From assembly GCA_012295275.1 (NCBI GenBank), contig CM022669.1, forward strand, positions 62,001-126,000: 64,000 nucleotides of DNA. Direction: 5' to 3'. The position numbers and the translations under genes were made by a program. Under the pieces are notes generated by a model. That model saw only the letters and a list, made by a program, of their open reading frames with translations, searched no databases and had not been told where the DNA came from. The DNA is from Chrysomallon squamiferum. Taxonomy: Eukaryota; Animalia; Mollusca. Shown here piece by piece: positions 1 to 13,103 of this stretch (within the stretch, counting starts at the first letter, position 1; every line of letters begins with the position of its first letter).

Positions 1-1118
1 GAAGTGATAAACAAAGACTGGTTTGTGTTTTCCTGAAACTTCACGTAAAACCTGCCTTCATTTTATCAAAAGCCTCGCACAAGTCGTCAGCGAGTTTGAT
101 CTGTCTTTACTACAGAATGTATCACCCATATAACATTTAAAATATTTTATGTTCTCCGTTAAAGAAAACATTTCTTCTGTCTATCCTAGTCAGTACAGAA
201 CAACTGGATTATCGAAGACAATATTTTCCTGTGTGTGGGTAGGTGCAGATATGAAACAACTTCCTACTACTTCATAGCGGTAGAGTACAGCAGTGATTGT
301 CTGTTTCATATAATGGTAATACAAAAGCATTATATGTAATCATGTTAATATTAAAATCTATTCTCAGTCATTAAATACTAATTATTAAGACATATCTTAT
401 TACAGAAATGTAAATCTAGGTTTTGGACGCAAAGACTACAAAATCTTTGAATAATTACAACTTTCAAGATCATCTTTTGGCAGTTTTATATTACTAGAGT
501 TAAGTGTTTCCCATATCCAAATATTTCAACATTTGTTTGCTTGAATTATGGACTATACTCGAGAAGAAAGGAAAAATATAGGAAATATTCATTAATTATT
601 ATATAAACATTTCTTTTAAAAAATCATTGAAGATAAAACTAGTGTATTATTATAGAGCAACAGCTTAATAATAATAAACAACAATATCAAGTTCATATCA
701 TACAAGGTCTGTGTTATGTGAAATATTTCAGAAAATCAGTTCATTCACTTTTTTTTTAATTTTATTTTAGAAGAATTAAAACGAATGCAATTTTTATTCT
801 GGTCCGCGTGCTGGGCTAAATTCACTTGTTTAGATACGAGTCGTTGTTATCAAATGTTTTCTTATGTGCTTGTTTTTCTATGAGGTGAAACATTATTTTT
901 TCTTGCTGGTATTCTGTAAAATGAGCCTATTGTCAAAAGACACGCATGAATGATTTTTAATGATCCTCAGTACAATAATATCAGGTCATGTTAACCATTT
1001 ATACACTTACTTTAAAGGCAACACGTATCGTAGTACAAATCTTTTATCTGTCTTACTTGATGTTTTTCTCTCGGCTTCTCTCTCCAGCTTTTTAAACCAA
1101 AAATATTCAACAAAAATT

Positions 1119-1322
<204 letters not shown>

Positions 1323-1617
1323 TGTTTTATTTATTACTTGTCTGAAGACAAATTACTGCTATCAACGACTTAATTTGGAAGAAGAAATTCGGCTAAAGTG
1401 GATTTTATCTGTTAACCATTAGAAGATCATGTTTAATACGTAATAAATGCTAGGTAGTTTTTTCACATGATTGATTTTGTTGTTATTTTCTACTCAAATC
1501 TCTTTTTCTTTTTTTTCTTCTTTTTTTTTATATTTGAAGTTACTTTTTATAATAATAATATTAATAATAATTTCTATAAATAAGGAGGTTTTGAAACTTG
1601 TCCAGGTTATAATAATG

Positions 1618-1656
<39 letters not shown>

Positions 1657-2829
1657 GATGTATAATGTAAACAAACTTTTTCAGATTTAGTTTCTTTTTT
1701 CTTTTGTATCGAAAATAATTGTTTTTAGAATGTTGATGGTTTTCCTAGCCCGCCACGATATATACGATATATTAACGCTTTGTTAAAAATTAACGCTTAT
1801 TTTAAATATTATCCTAACGCTCATACAAATGTTCACTATTTATTTTTTTCAAATAAAGGTTATTTTACATTTTATGTGAACACTGACTGCTCATTTTTGG
1901 GAATCAAAGTATTTTTAATTTTATCCTTAGACTCAATGTTAAGTTTCTTAAGTAGAAGCTAGTTATTTTTATCCTAACAATCACCATTAACTTTCCCAAG
2001 AAAAATACAACGTATTTAAAATATTACACTACATGCATCAAACATTTTTTACCAAATTATTATTTTTTTAAACAATAGCAATTTCAGGTTTATTCGAACA
2101 CTAAATCTAATCCTAACCCAAACATTACGCTCAAACATAACCGTAATGCTATCCTTAAATCTAACCGAACTTTTCAGACACCGACAGCAACAACAACCAC
2201 AACAGCCGCGTCGTTGGCTGAGAACAGCAGACATTTTGTATCTAAATTAAGAACCTACTACCCTATATATTTGTATGAAATTTAGCAGAATATGACAGAA
2301 GTGTATAATTTGTTACTTGTATACGATTTAAAGATCCGCATAAGCTTATGGACGATTATTTGTCTGTAGAATATCTGTTTTTTTTATCAATAATCTCATC
2401 ATAAAAAAAAAAAACGAGCACAAAGATGAAACTGAATATAGAAAAATAATGCGTAAGCAAAAACGTGTATTTCTGTAAATCGAGAGATGCTTGTCATCGA
2501 GTGAGAGAGGATTTTCATCCAAACGTCAGTCTGTGGTGTTCTCCGTCACGGCTCGGTTTAGCCAAAATATGCTCGTATGCTTATTCCTTTCCTTTTTCTA
2601 CGTTCTTTACTTTGTTATTTATTTTTTTTTTTTTTAAGAGTATGTGGACGAATCGTCATGACACTTACGTGAACACAGTGAATACATAATTTATAACTGT
2701 GCTGTCATTTAATCAACTGTTCACATTCGATACAATGATTTAGTTAGGAAATAAAATTATTGTACGATCACTGCAATGTATACGAATTAGAAATCGATAG
2801 AAATGTATGTCATCAGTCTTATTTTTACC

Positions 2830-2950
2830 TCACTCACTAAAAATGTGACAGCCTACGTACCTCGAACAAGTGATAAGTTCTTAGTGTTTGACTAAATGGC
2901 GGTTTACTCTGCAAGTTCACAATGTTTCTATTTGAAACGTACAATTACAG
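2830..2950 (+). promoter_or_regulatory. Putative core promoter and non-coding first exon of cGLR copy 1
   Basis: Inr-like TCACTC at 2830, YY1-like AAATGGCGG at 2894-2902, donor-like CAG|GTTATT at 2950/2951, and acceptor TCTCTTCAG| ending at 4989 just upstream of the ATG. The block is conserved upstream of every copy. Confidence 0.45.
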
Positions 2951-3597
2951 GTTATTTTATTTTTCTAATGCAGTCATAATGTCTTTAGAATGAAATCTCC
3001 TTTGATAATATTAAATGATAATATTAAAAACCTTATATGTAATCATGCTAGTATTAAAATCTATTCTCACTCATTATATATTTATTAAGTTATATCTTAT
3101 CACAGAAATATATTTCTGGGTTTGGAGGCAAAGACTACAACAACTTTGACTATTACGACTTTCACGTTGCTGGAAATCATCTTTTGACAGTTTTATATTA
3201 CTAAAGGCAAGTGTTTCCTATATCCAAATACTACAGCATTTTTACTGCTTGAATTATTGAGTATACACGAGAACAAAACATTTGTAACACACATTGATTA
3301 ATATTTATTCATTCATAATTATTATATAGACTTTTTTTGAGAAATCATTCTAAACAGATTACTGTATTGCATTACAACAATAGCAGCAGCAACGACGACA
3401 CGAACAATAAGAAAAGTAAACAAAGAACAAGAAGTTTTTCAATCCATTCACATATTAGCTGCTATTTATTTAGTGTTAGTAGTATTTATTTTTTTTTTTA
3501 AATCATGTTCTGTTTCTTTCCTTTTTCCTTTTTCTAATTAAATTAATTTTAATTTTTACATCGTACACAATCTGGACTTGTGCTTAGCATAAGTTTT

Positions 3598-3599
3598 TA

Positions 3600-3658
<59 letters not shown>

Positions 3659-3702
3659 TAATGATAGTAGTAGTAGTAGTAGTTGTAGTAGTTGTAGTAA
3701 TA
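3598..3702. repeat. (AAT)n/(TAG)n microsatellite
   Basis: Read directly. Confidence 0.9.
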
Positions 3703-3799
3703 ATGCCATGAAATGGTTATTTTTACAAATGTAGGATGATATACCTCTATTAAATAAAATATGAAGTCATCGAAATTACGCGAAAACTGGTGACACATT

Positions 3800-3808
3800 T
3801 TCCCGGAA
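3800..3808. promoter_or_regulatory. STAT GAS-type palindrome TTCCCGGAA (duplicate at 47274-47282)
   Basis: Exact match to the TTC-N3-GAA high-affinity site, about 1.26 kb upstream of the copy 1 ATG. Confidence 0.35.
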
Positions 3809-5064
3809 TTTCACAATGATTCACGCCCACTTATCTTTTTTATGTAATGGATTACGAATAGGAAACATGAATGGAACTTAAATAGCAGTGTAATATCCTG
3901 GTTTCATAATTTCAAAACAAAAAAACAATCAACGAAGAAAATTGTTAGGCATTTGCAATAAATAAATAAATAACTTAATAAATAAATAAATAAATAAATA
4001 AATAAATTAATTAATTAATTAATTAATTAATAAAATAAAATAAAATAAAATAAAATAAAATAAAATAAATAAATAAATAAATAAATAAAATTAAAGAAAG
4101 AAACAAATTAAGAAATAAAAACAAACAAACAAACAAATGAATGAATGAATAAATAAAGAAATAAATAATGAAATAAAAGAGAAAGCATTTACTATTATGC
4201 TTATCCCACATCGCGTTTGGACATCAAATGTTTTTTATGAGTCATGTTTCGAAAATAAACACTTCTCGTGTTACTGCTTATTGCTTGTAAATTACACTTT
4301 CCTGTTAAACGGCTTAAAAGATAAAAAGATTTTAAGTAATTATAAGTATTCAGTTAATCTACATTTCCCCTGAAACACCCATTATCAGAAAATACGGAAG
4401 AAAAAATCAATCTGAAAAATTCCTTTTACTTTTGAAAAACAAACTATTTTGGTAATCGCAAATCATTGTAAATTGCACTCATAATTTTTATTTTTATTTA
4501 TTAATAATTCTTTTTTGATTTTTACATTGCCGTCTTAAAAAATTTATATTCATGTACATGTAGTCGCTTTTTATATTTTGTTAAATTTAAAAGAAAAACT
4601 AAAGAAAAACATACAGATTTCGCAATATGTATTCGCGCTAAAAAAAAATTAAAAATATTATTTGGAACCTTACCGCTTGTAGATTGCAGTCAATACAAAA
4701 AGATGAAAATGTTATATATTCCAGTAAAATAATTATTTTCAAAAAATGTGGCCTTAAATATTTTGTTAATGTCGATTATTTTTATAGTGTTCAGGAATGT
4801 TGTTTTTTTTAATTATTATAACCTGGACGAGTTTCAGAACCTTTACATTTATAGATAATATTTTATTAAAGAGTTTTATTTTGAAAACAAATTTCAGGTA
4901 TCTGATTTTATCAAGTCAAAGTTGATTGTGGGGAAAAAAAAGGTCACCATCCAAATCTGTATATGTACGACGTTTCACCATCTCTTCAGCCAGTCACGGA
5001 TCTGAAAATACCAAACATTTGATAAAAAAATATAGCCAACAAAACTCCCCCTAAAAACAAAAAC

Positions 5065-8000
5065 ATGGAACAAAGTACAGGTTCTATGGAGTGTGAGAAA
5101 GAATCTGAAACACCAGAAGGAAATCGTACAACTACTGGTGATGAAACAGCTACTTCTTCATCTGGTGCAGGATCTGAAACAAATACTGAAGAAACACCAA
5201 AGTCTTCTAAACATTGTAAGAAAGAACCTGAAACACCAGAAGTAAATCCTGCAGCTCCTGGTGATGAAACACCTTCTTCTTCATCTGGTGCAAGACCTAA
5301 AACAAAGTCGACTCCTAACAAGTATAAAATACAGGAAGAACGGATTCGCGAGTTTGATTTGTTTATTGAGAATTTCAGTCTACAATCAGTATCCAGAGGA
5401 GAAATAAATAAGTTTTTTGAGGATGAAGTTTCTCTTAGACAAGAAAAGAAAACAAAAGCTTCAGCTGAATTTAATGGTTTTAAGAATCGAATAAAAGATA
5501 AATTAAAGGAAAGCACAGACATTAATTGGGAATATGTTAACGACGGTTCATTCTACGATGGAACAAAGGTTAGTACGGCAGTTGTTTCATAACTTGTAAC
5601 AGTCGAACAGTTTGTGAATCATTAAACTTCACTTCTAACTGTATAAATTTTACATAGAAAGCATATTTAGAAATATATTAAACATTATTTTTATTTATTT
5701 TTATTTATTTATTTACTAATTTATTCTGCAGTTTTCTGCTTCTTGTTATTATTGATATTACTGTTGTTGTTTTTGTTCTTTATTTCCTTTTGCCTCTACT
5801 TGTACTGATGGAAATAGAAAATCCTTTTTCCAAAGATCAGTGTAAGTGATTTGTTTTAAAGTCCTGCTTCCACGCAATCTTTCCTGTATAAATGTTCATT
5901 AGATATTATTTTATTTTATTTTGCATGTCAAGTCTGCCGATCAAAGTGACTGTTTGTTAATCCCCGACATAGAAATCACTGAGGTAGAATATCCAGATGA
6001 GCATTATGGCTACTGTTCCATCACCCCTGACAAAGACAAGCTGCCTAAAGGTGTAGACCTTTTTGACGGAAAGTATTTGAGTGCAGCGAAATTTCGGGAA
6101 TATGTTTTTCAGCATTTGGAGAATATAATGGATCTGCCAGAGTTTACAAAGTGGAAACGTAAGCAGTTTCACCTAAAAGTTATTGCTTCATCTGTTTGTT
6201 TGTCTGTCTGTCTGATCGTCTTTCTTTGTGCCTTCCTGATGTTTGAATTCATATTTTTATGTACATAAAACTAAATACAATCATATATACAAGATAACAA
6301 TTATTTTATTTTTCGAAGTGGGAACGTAAGCTGTTTAATCTAGAAGTTATTGTTTCATCTGTCTGTCTGTCTGTCTGATCGTCTGTCTTTATTGCTTCCT
6401 GATGTCTGAATTCATATTTTTATGTACATAAAACTAAATACAATCATATATACAAGATAACAATTATTTTATTTTTCGAAATAGGAACGTAAGCTGTTTA
6501 ATCTAGAAGTTATTATTTCATCTGTCTGTCTGGATGTGTATTTGTCGTCCTGTTTTGTATTATAGATTTATTGCTTGTCTGATCTATTAGTTTGTGTTAT
6601 TTACGATAATTTCAGAAATCTCATTATTAGTTATGCGTTAGGCGAATGCGACATTCACGAGTGCAAGAAATCGTGACGTTGAGGAAATTATGCTAATTAA
6701 AACAAATAACTCTTTCAAAATTCTCCTATCAACTAATATGAACTGAAACATTAAAACATAATCTGCTGATGACTGAAATTGATACGAATTTAGTTCACTG
6801 GAATGCAACCATTAATTTTGTGTAGATGTATCTCTACAGCTGAACCTTTGCTGTCACGTATCAGTTAAAAGTAACAGACAGTTTGACATCAGACAGTGCT
6901 GTTTGACAATTATTCAACTGACTGAGGATTGGGAAACTATTTCAAATGCAACAAATTTCTACTAATATTTACCTCATTGTTTTAACTGTAATCACAAGCT
7001 TACACTTAAAAGAAAGCAGGATTTGAAGGAATCATAATCCTTTAGTTTTATTTTATTTATTTACCGTTATTGTTTTAATTATATTTATAGCTGTTGTCAT
7101 TTCTTCTTCTTCTAATTGTCTTTGGCTGAAATTGCATCACTTTTGTTGTTTTTGTTTTTGTTAAGAATATTATTCATGGTTGTTTTAATTTCCTAATTTC
7201 CTTTTTTGTTTTTCTTTTCTTTATACCTTTTTCTTTTCTATTAATATCTTCAATACAGGAATACCTAACTATGATGGATCCCCAACTTTCACCGTGAGAA
7301 ATGAAACGGATCATATAAGTATGGATATTGTGCCTGCTATAGCAGTACCAAAATGGCCGGATCATTTAAACATTTTGAGCTGTCTAGAGAAAGAAGAATC
7401 TAACAAGATAAAAGAGAAAGGCTTCCATGTTGATACCAAAAATAAGAAAAGTAATTAAATATATATTGTAATTGTATAACCTGATTAAGTGTATCTTTCA
7501 CCCAAAAACCTTTTAATTTTGATATTGTTTCGATATTACTCTGTTTTGCTCTTTTTATTTACAACTTTCGGATACGTAGGAATTTCAGTTCGTGATATCA
7601 CAAAATGAGGATCAATGAGTAATGCGTCATTTTCAGTTTTGAGCATTGTTTCTCATTTTAAGTCTTGTATCGTCACAGACTTAAGATGACGTATTCTCAA
7701 AAAGAAAGTCATTTATTAACATGAACATGTTTTCAAATAATAATAATAATACAGACAGCTGATATTTAGCTATATACGAATTGCCTAAATATGAATAATA
7801 TACATGCCCACAGACAGTCCAAAAAAGAAGCAAAAAACAAGAAACAGAAAAAAAGAAGCAAGAAATGTTTTATTTTATGAAAACTCAACACATTTTATTT
7901 ACGGTTATATGGTGTCGGATAGGTGGTTAAGGACCACACTTCTATGAGAGAGGAAACCCGCTGTTGCCACTTCATGGGCAACTATTTTTGATTAGCAGTA

Positions 8001-8119
8001 CCATCCCATAGACAGGGTAGTATATACTAGTCATGCTGCACTGGTTGGAAGACGAAATGGCCCAGTGGACCACAGAGAGTGTGTGTGTATGTGTGTTTGT
8101 CTGTGTGTGTGTGTGTGTG

Positions 8120-8156
<37 letters not shown>

Positions 8157-8173
8157 GTGTGTGTGTGTGTGTG

Positions 8174-8216
<43 letters not shown>

Positions 8217-8827
8217 GTGTGGTGAATTCAAACTAAACATGTGGGTGATATATTGTAAATTTCAACTATTACAAATACTCTTCATAATGTAGCTTTAAGA
8301 CACGTGTCATTTGTTATAGTCTGGTTTTCTACCTCTTTTTTTTCCTTGCACTAAAATAGACCAAGCTGCAATATCAGTTTAATACCAAAATATACTCCCC
8401 CAGTTTTACAGGAGCAGTTAGACTCTGACAGCTGTTTCGTCTCCAAGCAAACTTGAATATGCAGTTTTTGTGCCGAGACGTTTACTTTGTTGATTTTCGT
8501 CGGAACGTTTTACATCGCGGATGGAGCCTTGCGTAAAATAATTTAAATCTTTCTGTCGTGCTATTCTGAAAGCTCTCAGCAAGATATTAAACCGAGACAT
8601 CATCGGAAAAACGTTTCCGATCAGCAACGCCGTCTGCTACGGATTCCGCCATTTTGGATGTTAGCTTTTGTGGGACGCAGTAACTAAGGGGAGGGGGGCG
8701 TGGCTTACGGAGTAATTGTAGAAACATGAATTAGATAATAGATTCGAGCATCCAAATAAATAAAATTATATTACATTCCTAGTTTTTTCTGTCAACAAAT
8801 ATTTTGAAAATTATCACAGGCTAACAA

Positions 8828-8864
<37 letters not shown>

Positions 8865-9567
8865 AATAATAATAATAATAATAGTAATAATAAATAAATA
8901 AATAAATAAATATTATAAAATTGTAACTAGAGAAGATAATACAGTTTCCTGGGATTTTACATTTATTATTTATTTATTCATTTTATGCTGTTGAATTTTG
9001 TTTTCAGTTTCAATGTGATTTCCATTTTCAGATGGCCGCTTGTGGAGGATGACGTTTTGTCAGGCTGAGAAAATATTAACCATAGATGCAGATGAAAAAC
9101 AAGCTGGTGACGAAAGTGAAACCTGTAGGAAACAGGTAATGTGTATCATGAAAAGAATCCTGGAAATCACAAAAACAAATTCATCAGACAAAGTCCCAAG
9201 CAATATTATGATCGTGAAGATATTACAAATTGCGGCTGACTGTATTCGAAAAGAGCATAAAGAATTTGGAGTCGACTTCGAAGTGAAAGGGTTTTCAACC
9301 TATCATTTGCGTACGTTGATGTGGACGTTGTTTTATAAAGTGTACCCTGATCGTTCTGACTGGAAGGCTGAGTCATTGGTAGACTGTCTGCGCACGACAC
9401 TGATCCACCTTAAGAAGTGGATGGCAGGCGAAGTGGAAATAAACAATTTCTTCTGGCCTGAAGATAAACTGATTCAGTGTGTATCCAGAAGAGAAAAACA
9501 GTTTATCTATCTCATCGCTTGTATTGCATTAAAACTGTTTTGTGATCTTGACCCTGAAGAAAAATAA
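5065..9567 (+). CDS. cGLR: cGAS-like receptor (cGLR, Mab-21 family nucleotidyltransferase), copy 1; exons 5065-5568, 5927-6158, 7259-7450, 9032-9567 (about 487 aa)
   Basis: Manual splicing (phases 0,1,1) gives one frame with cGAS-like motifs in order: NDGSFYDGTK|VKSADQSDCLL (cGAS GSYYEHVKISAPNEFDVM), GSPTFTV..SMDIVPAI..KWP (GSPAVTL..SVDITLAL..WP), FHVDTK, WRMTFCQAEK (WRLSFSHIEK), CRKQVMCIMK (CRKDCLKLMK), FSTYHLRT (FSSYHVKT), INNFFWPE (LENYFIPE). The exon-2 acceptor reads CAT where the paralogs have CAG. Confidence 0.88.
6149..6530 (+). repeat. About 165-bp tandem repeat at the start of cGLR intron 2; each unit begins with a copy of the donor AAC|GTAAGC
   Basis: Units start at about 6149, 6316 and 6479; unit number and structure differ in copies 2 and 3. 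Confidence 0.85.
7863..8073 (-). mobile_element. Degenerate truncated SINE (MetaSINE-like), antisense in cGLR intron 3
   Basis: GGTTAAGGACCACAC..GAGAGAGGAAACCCGCTG..CCACTTCATGGG..ATTAGCAG..CCATCCCATAGACAGG resembles the reverse complement of the Meta-domain SINEs I recall from gastropods; recognised from memory only. Confidence 0.7.
8079..8221. repeat. (TG)n microsatellite (also about 19290-19507 and 51503-51643)
   Basis: Read directly; it is the source of spurious CV/TH ORFs. Confidence 0.95.
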
Positions 9568-10747
9568 AAGGAACTTTGTTGATGTTTGATTCTTGACTGA
9601 TATGACTGTTTATTACTACTACTACTATAACAATTACTATTTGTTGTTGCTTTGCCTTTTTTTTTTGTTTTCTAGCCAGCCTCATGATCAGTCTTTTGCT
9701 GCGAGGCTGTTATATCAAAACAGCGCAGATATAACATATACCTTATAGATGTTGGGTAAGTGCAACATTAATGTGGCAAATGATTCTCCTAATACCATTA
9801 TAAAATCTCGTAATAGTTTTAACAACCATTAACACAAAAAATATATTAGTCCGTCATTAAATAATGTCCATTCGTGTACATATTTGTTACAAATATTTTA
9901 AGTTTAAAACTATTTAATTTGGGTTTGGTTTGTAACACTATATGTAATTATTGATGAAATAAAGAGCTTGTTTGCTATTTTACACTAAGCACGGAATCCA
10001 GTTCATATCATACAAAGTTTGTGTTACTAACAGTCTGCCATGTGAAACATTTCAGACAATTAATTCATTCACTAACTGTTTTTATATTTTAAAATAATTC
10101 AAACGAATGCGATCTTTTTGTTTTGCAGTGCATGCTGGGATTAATTCACTTGTTTAGATACGAGTCGTTGTTATCAAATGTTTTCTTATCTGCTTGTTTT
10201 TCTTTGAAGTGAAAAATATGTGTTTTTTCCTGGTATTTTGTAAGACGAGCCCAGCGTCACAAGACACGCATGAATGATATTTAGTGTTCCTCAGTACAGT
10301 ATTATCAGGTCATGTTAACCATTTATACACTTACTTTAAAGAAAATATTTGCCTATCGCAAAACAAACCTTTTATCTGTCTTACTTGATTTGTTTTTCTC
10401 TCCTCTACCTGTTTATATATTCCCTTTTCTTTAATATTTATTTACATATATTTAGCTTTTGTCTGAAGAGAAATTATTGTTACCCGTAACTGAGTTTGGA
10501 ATTAATTTTTCAGCTACAAAAACGATTTTGGGACAGTTACTAGTTAGAGTTATCTTTTCATGTTACTGAACAAATTATTTCTGTGCAAACATCTGTTAAC
10601 AGTCACTAGGAGACGAGTTTAATACGTAATAAACGATAACGGTTTACGTCTTTGTTTGTTTTTTATTTTGTCGTTATTCTACTCTAATCTTACTTTTATA
10701 ATTATTTTACAGCGCAAGGTGTATTTAAAATACTACTACTTCTACTG

Positions 10748-10780
<33 letters not shown>

Positions 10781-11247
10781 ATAATAATAATAATAATAAA
10801 TTAAAAAATTAAAAAGAACAAAAACACACAGAGAAAAAGAACAAGCTGACATTCGCGTACAAGAAAATATAGTAAAAACTAAATGATGAAGTATTAGAAA
10901 TTAAAATAAACTAAATTTTTGTTTATTTTGAAGAGGATTTTCACAAAAACTGGAAAATGTTGACTCCGATTTTCTGTTTGCGCTGCTGTTCTCCCAAAAC
11001 AAAACAAAAAAATCTTCTCAACGTAAAAATATGACTACATTCATTTTCCATTGTCTTTATTACATTTTAAACAACAAAATATACGGAAAAAATTAATAAT
11101 AATAGTAACTTTATTTGAATTTTATAAGCTTACTGATACCCAATTTCACATAATGAACTTCCTAAATGTATGACTTCGAATATATCTATCTATCTATATC
11201 TATCTGTTTCTATATATATAATTCTAAAAAGTTAAAATAAAGAATAA

Positions 11248-11278
<31 letters not shown>

Positions 11279-11398
11279 ATATCTACAACGTCTGCAACTG
11301 CCGCATCAATTAATTTGCCAATAAAAACAACAACAAAAAAGAATCATAGTCTGTTTTATATTTTGTGATCTAAACACTGCAAAATGCTAATACAACAA

Positions 11399-11504
11399 AT
11401 CTATCTACCCATCTATCTATCTACCATCTATCTCTCTATCTAGCCATCTATATATCTACCCATCTATCTGTCTATCTATCTATCTATCTAACCATCTATC
11501 TACC

Positions 11505-11540
<36 letters not shown>

Positions 11541-11561
11541 CTATATATATATATATATATA
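11399..11561. repeat. (TATC)n/(TA)n microsatellite (duplicate at about 54853-55012)
   Basis: Read directly. Confidence 0.9.
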
Positions 11562-12171
11562 CAGCGGCATGTTTATGTACGACACAATTTCTTCTTAGAA
11601 TCTGTAAAAAATGTTGCTTTCTGTATTCCACTGGTTATTAAAGTGAACAAAATATAATGTTGTATAGGACAGGCTGGAAAATAGTATGACACAAAATACA
11701 CATTAAACTTGTTCGTTTGACGATCGAAATTTAAATTATGATATAACCAGAAAGGCCTACGTGCAGAACACGATACTGCTTGAACTAGCTGATATGTATT
11801 TTGACATTCATTTTATTTTAATTTTATAATTTTTCCTATTTATCCTTTATGACAGATTAAGGATTTGATGTCTAGTAAATCTACAAGTAAACTCTCACAA
11901 ATGCTTTATTTCTATGGTCAGATATTACATAAGGTAACAATCATCTTCAGTTAATTAGTGTGATGTGATAAGTATAGTGATGTATGTAAATGTATGTCGG
12001 ACTGAACGTAGTAGAAAATGCTTGTTCTCGAGGTGGGGGCATGTTGCATGGTTGCTGTGGGACCATTCTTACCTCCTAAAACAACTAATTTGCTTACTGG
12101 CTTTGAACAATACGCAACAGTATTGTAAACAATGCAGTGCAGTGCCAATAGGGTCATCTTGAAAAGACTTC

Positions 12172-12193
12172 GGGAATTTCCGACGGGTTTTCC
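12172..12193 (+). promoter_or_regulatory. Paired NF-kB-like sites GGGAATTTCC-gac-GGGTTTTCC (also at 21797 and, partly, 55642)
   Basis: Exact GGGRNWYYCC consensus, conserved downstream of all three cGLR copies. Confidence 0.55.
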
Positions 12194-13052
12194 TAAGTCG
12201 TCACTGTTCACGAACTCCACCGACAGCACGCGATGCACTTAGCATTAATATCATACTCGTGTTACACACCTATTGAAAAAGCTTTTAAAATTAGGTAATA
12301 ATGGGTTTTTGTGACAAAATATTTAAAACATCATTTTCCTACAAAATTATATATCATCAGAAAGAGCAGAAAATATAAAATAAAATTAAAATAATATCAA
12401 GATATCTTTGATATCACTGATATTTTGAACAAAGTTTTTTTTTTTCAGAATCTATTGTGAAACTGATTCATATCAGTCAATTGGCAACATTAACACTGAA
12501 TATCTCATACAGTTTCAAACCAGCTGTCATGGGGATTGTCACGCAAGTTGCTACCAGAGTTAGCTTGGCTCTTAGTTATCATTCGGCATAAATGTTCTCA
12601 TATGATGAAATATAATGTTGAAATAATTATATTAGGTATTTGACAAAAGCATTTACAGTTTTCATTTTGTTTGTTTTGTGGTTGTTATTTTCTAAAGAGT
12701 TGTTGTTCTTACTAATAACACTATTATTATTTAATTTCTTTTTCGTTTTCAATTCTAAGTTGGTTATAGTAATGAAATTTGGTAGATTTGTTGCTTATTT
12801 CTTTAAAGTAAATAAATAAAATAATAATGTTTAATCTAGTTTTAATAATTTTAAAATTTGTTTATTCATTGGTGATCAAATACTAAAAGAAAACAAAAAA
12901 GTAATAATAATAATAAATGTTTATTAATGTAAAGTGATTTTTCTTCCCTGTACATACAGTTTCAACAAGTCAAGCGTAGATTGCTTATTTTAATGAGATA
13001 TTTATTGTAAGTATACACCATGAATATAATAATAAGTGGTATATTTTTTCAC

Positions 13053-13103
13053 ATGACGTAAAATGTAAAAAAATTCCATAGGGGAATCCCCGACGGAAAA
13101 ACC
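13053..13103 (+). promoter_or_regulatory. CRE-like TGACGT plus palindromic kB site GGGGAATCCCC module; kB copies at 13081, 22758, 26451, 28952, 31452, 33958, 34132, 36630, 39143
   Basis: Motifs read directly in each repeat unit; GC-rich motifs stand out against the AT-rich background. Confidence 0.55.

Noticed and set aside
2098-2167. Degenerate CCTAAC/TAACCC-like hexamers resembling telomeric repeat
   Set aside because: Short and heavily degenerate; not evidence of a telomere or fusion site.
4986-5522. 178-aa minus-strand ORF (also 5957-6172, 7174-7365, 9206-9400)
   Set aside because: Antisense shadows of the cGLR exons.
5065-9567. Bacterial CD-NTase/CBASS operon, or true MAB21L ortholog
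   Set aside because: Spliceosomal introns and animal repeats exclude a bacterial operon. The protein lacks the highly conserved MAB21L sequence and has a long disordered N-terminus.
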